Part shown: positions 59,021 through 64,000 of the stretch, one piece after another
How the letters are laid out: every line of letters starts with the position of its first letter
Numbering within the stretch: position 1 is the stretch's first letter
Notes under the pieces: model-generated
Databases searched by the model: none
What the model saw: the letters and a program-made list of their open reading frames with translations, nothing else
What the model was told of the DNA's origin: nothing
IMG/VR virus record: IMGVR_UViG_3300031555_001441
Span: 80,270-144,269 of that record
Length of the DNA: 64,000 bases
From: a virus
Taxonomy: Duplodnaviria; Caudoviricetes
Strand: one strand, 5' to 3'
Translations under genes and position numbers: made by a program

Positions 59021-60004
59021 TTAGGACCTGAAATCAGATGGTTTCATGTAGATCGCTCGGGATATTACAAACGGGACTGATACTTTGACAACAGATCCAC
59101 CCTCCTGGTTGTGTTCGCCGTTATCGAGAGCTCCTATCCAAGTTCCCGGACAGCGAATTACATCTCTTGGATTTCCAGCGCCATCATATTTGATGAAATA
59201 GACTTGTCTCATATACTGAGAAGGCAAACCCATCTTTTCAGTATCTGGATCAAAAACTTGACGCCTCCAAGCCCTTAGTGCTTCAAGCACATTTGGTTCG
59301 CAGAAGCAGTTGAGCGTCCATGTAACATCTTCAAATGCAACTTTGGACGGGAACTTAATGAGACCATTAGCGTAATGTACTGTGATGATGTCTTCAGACT
59401 CTGCGATAGCTCCAACAGTATCTGTACTCAATGTGAGCAGGTCAGCAAATTCTGTCGGAGTAGTTCCATCCATGTTGTATACTCTAACTTCAAAGTTGTT
59501 TGTTGTTAGCGGTACCCAGTTGTCGATACCTAACATATGGTTGGTCATTGTGATGTATTCGCACAAGTTCGCAACGCTTGCGCCGTCATGTAAGGTATCT
59601 GATTACATGACTGCTGAATCTTTCAATTCAGATTAGAACATATCTTCATCCGTTGTGTGAACGGAGCTGTATTTTTCTTCCACCGTAGGCGATTGTGGTT
59701 CTACTCTCCCGCAAGGAGATGTTCGTTGGACGTCTTTCATGTACACCTTTATTGGATTGTGTGTATGTAGAAAGTTCGCTGCTAAACATCCATTGTTCTA
59801 AATGTGACTGTTAGCACATCCGAAGATGCTTTTATTTCAGCATAAGTCATTCGTACACTTCTTTCTGCTTTCGCTCTATCACGCTCATCTTTTCAGATCA
59901 CGTTGTAGCTGTACGACTTTAGGAATTCAAAGCAGTTAACACAGGGTCATCACCAGTTACCTGATAATGAGGGCCAATCACCCCATCTTTAATGGTGTAA
60001 ACAT
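59021..60004 (-). CDS. T4 gp19-like tail tube protein split by an intron (exon 1 starts at 60004; exon 2 is 59545-59021)
   Basis: NNFEV, KFPSKV.FEDVT, L.AWRRQVFDP.T..MG....Y, YDG.G..W.G; the GGAGG RBS precedes only the ATG at 60004. Confidence 0.75.
59546..59980 (-). mobile_element. ORF-less group I intron
   Basis: P at 59926-59939, Q at 59775-59786, R at 59719-59731, S at 59633-59647; P7 GAACAU/AUGUUC; P3, P8 and P9 stems; terminal G. Confidence 0.8.
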
Positions 60005-60157
60005 ATCTTTATTCTCCTCCTATAAAATAAAATGATTGTTGTATGAAGATATACAAGGTGTGCGACTGAGAATCATATCATACAATAAAATATATTTATT
60101 TACAATCACCTTATATACATAAAAAAGAGGATGTAAGGGACAGGAGAATGATATCTT

Positions 60158-60802
60158 ATGAATACTAAACGAGTGTATACTGTACGAGCTAGATATAATG
60201 TAGACAATGTTGCACAACTTGCCGAAGTACAGAAGAAGAGAGTAGCAACATTTGCTGCAAAGCGCAGTATGATGTATTATGAAAAGCCTGCAATTGATCA
60301 CATCATTGATGGTCATTCTCTCACAGTATATAAGATTCACAAACGAATTGCAGATGATTGGCTGAATCGCTATCATCCATGTAAAGCTCCAAAAGGAAAC
60401 ATACTTTGTTTAGGATTGGTCAAAGGAGATCAGCTTCTTTGCTTGATGACTTTCAAGAAAGCTAGAAACAAAAAGTATGTAGCAGAGATGTCACGAATGT
60501 GGACACTCTCACATTACTATATCATTGACGGATATGATATTCTTTCACGTGCTGCATCTGAATACGGATTGTATAACATTGTAGCGTATGTTGACCTCCT
60601 GTATGAAAACGAAGAGGACTACAAACAAATTGGAATGAAGCGTACTGGTAGCATACAAAAAACGCGATGGTGGTGTTCACCTACAGATAAGATTACAGAT
60701 GCATCTCGCAGACAAAAACATCTCTCAATAGAAAGCATGAGGGAGACTGGATATCTGCCGATGTATGACTGTGGTCAAGCTGTGTATGAGTTCAAACACT
60801 AA
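60158..60802 (+). CDS. Mom-like/GNAT-fold domain protein, nuclease-less paralogue of the neighbouring endonucleases
   Basis: TVRARYNVDNV repeat and LGL....L...MTF...EMSR...YDCG shared with neighbours; own class B motif at 60108. Confidence 0.6.
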   Translation: MNTKRVYTVRARYNVDNVAQLAEVQKKRVATFAAKRSMMYYEKPAIDHIIDGHSLTVYKIHKRIADDWLNRYHPCKAPKGNILCLGLVKGDQLLCLMTFKKARNKKYVAEMSRMWTLSHYYIIDGYDILSRAASEYGLYNIVAYVDLLYENEEDYKQIGMKRTGSIQKTRWWCSPTDKITDASRRQKHLSIESMRETGYLPMYDCGQAVYEFKH

Positions 60803-60933
60803 CGCCCGTATTTATTCCAAACTTGGTACCACTAAAGGTTGTACATGTTACATGATTCAATAAAAAAGATTGCGATTTCTCGCAATCTTAATTTTTTTTA
60901 TAATTGAAACAATATGATCTAATCTCTCTACGA

Positions 60934-61419
60934 TCATAGTGTTACTAAATCATCAAGAGGTACAACAGGTATTCCTTCCTGTTCTGCATATTCAATAGCT
61001 ACTGGATTATTTGTGTGAAATACACATCTAGGACAAAATGAAAATGCAGAATGTGCTATCTTGATTACGCTATCTGGAATAGTAACATCTGAAAGTTGAT
61101 TGCAGTTAGAAAATACGTTACCGCCGATCACACTAACAAAATTCGGTACATCTACATGCGTAAGCTGTCTACAATTATAGAATGCTTGAAATCCTATATG
61201 TGTTAGTGCCTCAGGCAATGTTATTGATTTTAACTGCACGCAATTTTGAAATGCAAAATCACGTATATCAGTTACATCTGCATCTATGTTGACTTGCTCC
61301 AAGTTAACGCAATTGTAGAACGCGTATTCTCGAATCACTTCTGTATTAACTACACGCACTTCAGTAAGTTGCATGCGCTCTGCATTTGATAATATTTGAT
61401 CGGAATATTCAACAAACAT
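60934..61419 (-). CDS. BspA/TpLRR leucine-rich repeat protein
   Basis: IxxxAFxNCxxLxxIxLP 23-aa repeats. Confidence 0.85.
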   Translation of the reverse strand: MFVEYSDQILSNAERMQLTEVRVVNTEVIREYAFYNCVNLEQVNIDADVTDIRDFAFQNCVQLKSITLPEALTHIGFQAFYNCRQLTHVDVPNFVSVIGGNVFSNCNQLSDVTIPDSVIKIAHSAFSFCPRCVFHTNNPVAIEYAEQEGIPVVPLDDLVTL

Positions 61420-61465
61420 ATTTGATACTATCCTTCATTATTCAACAGTAGATACTGTATTTACT

Positions 61466-61774
61466 TTACACTTCGTGCAGTGTTCCGCCAACGAACACAT
61501 ACCATTTGAATTTACCATCTCCTTTGATGTCTATCAGCCACTCTCCGTCTTCGTTCTCATCTGCATAAGCATATAGAGGAACGCCCACGCTATCAAGAAC
61601 ATAAGCAACATTTGCAGCAACATCTGCTTTATTATCATAGTCAGGGCCTTCCATATCATATCGCTCCTCATCTGCCCTATTCCACGTGATTGTAGGATCA
61701 CCATAAATAGCATTACGTCTTCGTTGCGTAGCCGCTCTAATAGTGTGTTTTGGATGTACTACGAATTTTTTCAT
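61466..61774 (-). CDS. small protein with MKKF..TIRAA tag
   Basis: Start chosen at MKKFVVH, downstream of the promoter motifs. Confidence 0.55.
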   Translation of the reverse strand: MKKFVVHPKHTIRAATQRRRNAIYGDPTITWNRADEERYDMEGPDYDNKADVAANVAYVLDSVGVPLYAYADENEDGEWLIDIKGDGKFKWYVFVGGTLHEV

Positions 61775-61850
61775 TTTTTTCCTTTCATAATAAAATATGT
61801 TCAAAATATATTTAAGGTTCAATAGTATACATAGTTAATAACGATTCACA

Positions 61851-63806
61851 TCATGTGATGTATTCCCATAGTATTGTACCAGAATCAAAAACTTGAACAA
61901 ATCCATGTTCTTCCATTATTTGTTTTTCTGATTTTGAGAGATCAACATCTTCATCATGCAAAAATTGTTTTATGTTTTGCTTCTGAGCACTATATCTATG
62001 ATAGCTTATATCAGTACGAGCATCGACCCAAACGTATCCGGGATCTGATTTTCTTATTTCTGTGAAGCCCAACAACTTGTAAACATTTCCACGAGTATGC
62101 GCTCTATCTGAAAATGATCTAACGCGTGCGGGTTGATATGTTCTTACAAAGTGTTTGAATAGTTTATCTGCCCCTCCGACTACAGAAGTATTTAACTTGT
62201 TGCAGAATCTAACAAGTTCCCAACAATCAGATAGATCTGTATTGTCTGTACCAATGCTTGAGCGCATCTTACCGAAGGTCATTACAGATACTAATTCATC
62301 GTTATAGAACAGCCCCAGTCGAATCGGTGAATTAGCATTACCTTGTCTGTGATTTGCATTCAAGAAGGAAGCGCAGTCTGATGCAGATACCTCTTTAATT
62401 TGACATTGACGTGCATACAGCTTATGTGTATTCTTACCGAGCAGATTTCTCAACATTGATACGATGATTTCTCGGCTGTATGTCCACTCTGAGCCAAATA
62501 TATGAAATAAGAAAATACCTTGTGATTCACACATCTCTGTTTTCTTTTGATGATAGTTGTATTTGATCGGAGGCTCATTCCTTCCGAATGTGTTCATAGA
62601 TGAATTATGAGTTGATGTCGGATTGCACTCAATTCCTATTTTGTATTCCGGCAGATACAGATCCAATTCATACGGCGTGATAACACGATGTGTATTTCGT
62701 TCAATGTTCAGATTAGGATCAATACTCAGCAGCGCGTTATAAACTTCATTCTCCATATATGAATAGACGTATGCAACCGCGTCTCGCATGTTATTATCTT
62801 CAAGTATTTGAGCTGTGCTTCCTTCAAATATTCCAATAGATGCAGCAAGTTGCCTCAATGTAGGTTTGATTACAAACTCTTCCGAAATATACTTGTGCGG
62901 ATCTTTTCTAAATCGAATCAAGTTATCAATTTTTGATGGATCTGTCATACGAAGTTGTTTCCATTGTGCACTTTGAGAAAACCATCTAACTCCATACTTC
63001 TCTTGAAACGCTTGTTCTGTATTTGCAACCCCTAAGTCAGATTGAAGAAAACACGTATTGCCATATCGAGCTAAACATGTTGCTCGTGTCTTTTCTTTTA
63101 TTGCTTCGGATTGCATCGGATTCTCATATCCGTATTTCTCTAACCAAGAGGTTCTTGCCGATTGATATATTTCGTCACTCTGATATGGATAGTGGACACC
63201 ATAATGTGCAAACAGAGTCTCTTTAGACATCGCCCGGACCTCAGGATTCGCAAATGGTTCTCTATATCCTGTTTTTGTCTCATAAGTATTGTGAGCTTTT
63301 TCTCGGATCTCAGGAACGGCTAATACACAACTTTTTCCATATTTTTCTAAATTAGTTTCTTCAATAGACGCAATAACTCGTTCTTTATATTCTGAGTCTG
63401 CCCATTTCTCTGACATCGCACGACGACTCTCCTCAGTCTGTGTATGCCAATCGCAGCCATACTTTTCGCGATTAGTTGTCTTAGCTTGTTCGACAACATT
63501 AGCATTCTGCATTGGATGCTCGGTACCAAAGCGCTGCAAATTAGTAGCTACAATCTTTGCTTGCACTTCTGAAGAACATGCAGGGGCTACACCACCGTAC
63601 ACTTTCATATTAGTAGCTTTACGAACAGCAGCTTCACACGTCTTAGAACATGTGCGCTTGCGATCTTTCTCAGTTAATCGTGACCTCGGAATCTCAAACA
63701 ACTTTCCACAATTGATACACTTGTCAAAGTGCTGCCCATTACAGAAACGCTGACGTCCTGTATTTGTTTCAAACTCCTTACCGCACAATTCGCACACCTT
63801 AATCAT
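61851..63806 (-). CDS. free-standing putative homing endonuclease, paralogue of 57036-58886
   Basis: CxxC motifs; about 9 T.L.KYG..NP.Q repeats; ELDLYLPEYKIGIECN; WELVRFCNKL..GGADKL. Confidence 0.72.
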   Translation of the reverse strand: MIKVCELCGKEFETNTGRQRFCNGQHFDKCINCGKLFEIPRSRLTEKDRKRTCSKTCEAAVRKATNMKVYGGVAPACSSEVQAKIVATNLQRFGTEHPMQNANVVEQAKTTNREKYGCDWHTQTEESRRAMSEKWADSEYKERVIASIEETNLEKYGKSCVLAVPEIREKAHNTYETKTGYREPFANPEVRAMSKETLFAHYGVHYPYQSDEIYQSARTSWLEKYGYENPMQSEAIKEKTRATCLARYGNTCFLQSDLGVANTEQAFQEKYGVRWFSQSAQWKQLRMTDPSKIDNLIRFRKDPHKYISEEFVIKPTLRQLAASIGIFEGSTAQILEDNNMRDAVAYVYSYMENEVYNALLSIDPNLNIERNTHRVITPYELDLYLPEYKIGIECNPTSTHNSSMNTFGRNEPPIKYNYHQKKTEMCESQGIFLFHIFGSEWTYSREIIVSMLRNLLGKNTHKLYARQCQIKEVSASDCASFLNANHRQGNANSPIRLGLFYNDELVSVMTFGKMRSSIGTDNTDLSDCWELVRFCNKLNTSVVGGADKLFKHFVRTYQPARVRSFSDRAHTRGNVYKLLGFTEIRKSDPGYVWVDARTDISYHRYSAQKQNIKQFLHDEDVDLSKSEKQIMEEHGFVQVFDSGTILWEYIT

Positions 63807-64000
63807 AAGGTAACCTCCTTCATTATATGTAATGTGTACATATACATATAAGGTTAGAAATATCCATATTCTATAACGATTCTACAAAAAAAAATAAAAA
63901 AAAGAAAAGCTCGCATTTTGTTGCGAGCTGAATTTTCTTTTACAATGTAACAAGAGGGTGAGAGATTCTTGTTTCTTTGTTGTGAGATCAGAACGTGCCG

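Noticed and set aside
59546-59566. ORF-track start (MCEYITM) for the tail tube
   Set aside because: It is a TTG inside an intron stem with no RBS; the RBS and late promoter lie at 60004-60059.

Overview
The window looks like 64 kb of a large, probably jumbo, tailed phage of a Bacillota host. The evidence is GGAGG ribosome-binding sites, SleB- and RecU-like genes, a T4-gp19-like tail tube, dense minus-strand genes, no host housekeeping context and an apparently standard genetic code. Left to right it carries: small early or hypothetical genes; an amidase plus VUT (queuosine-precursor) transporter pair; a tail/receptor-binding cluster (10-25.5 kb) with three cassettes of 26-aa leucine-rich repeats; thyX and an NAD-dependent ligase; a ~6 kb largely non-coding RNA island (29.8-35.9 kb); SbcC/Rad50-like, UvrD-like, HD, RecU-like and SNF2 genes; lysis and virion genes; and a tail-tube gene split by a group I intron, flanked by three related genes (two nuclease plus Mom-like fusions and one Mom-like-only paralogue). 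The RNA island is the most unusual part. It holds six normal tRNAs, five aberrant tRNA-like RNAs, a 1150-nt closed RNA sharing motifs with a ~330-nt RNA (GOLLD/ROOL-like candidates), and two multi-copy small-RNA families with conserved handles. Other points of interest are a shared N-terminal tag (MK/R..[IV]x[AS][AS]) on 11 unrelated proteins, including a methyltransferase-RelE fusion, and three recurring promoter classes. All calls come from reading the sequence by eye; no searches or folding programs were run.
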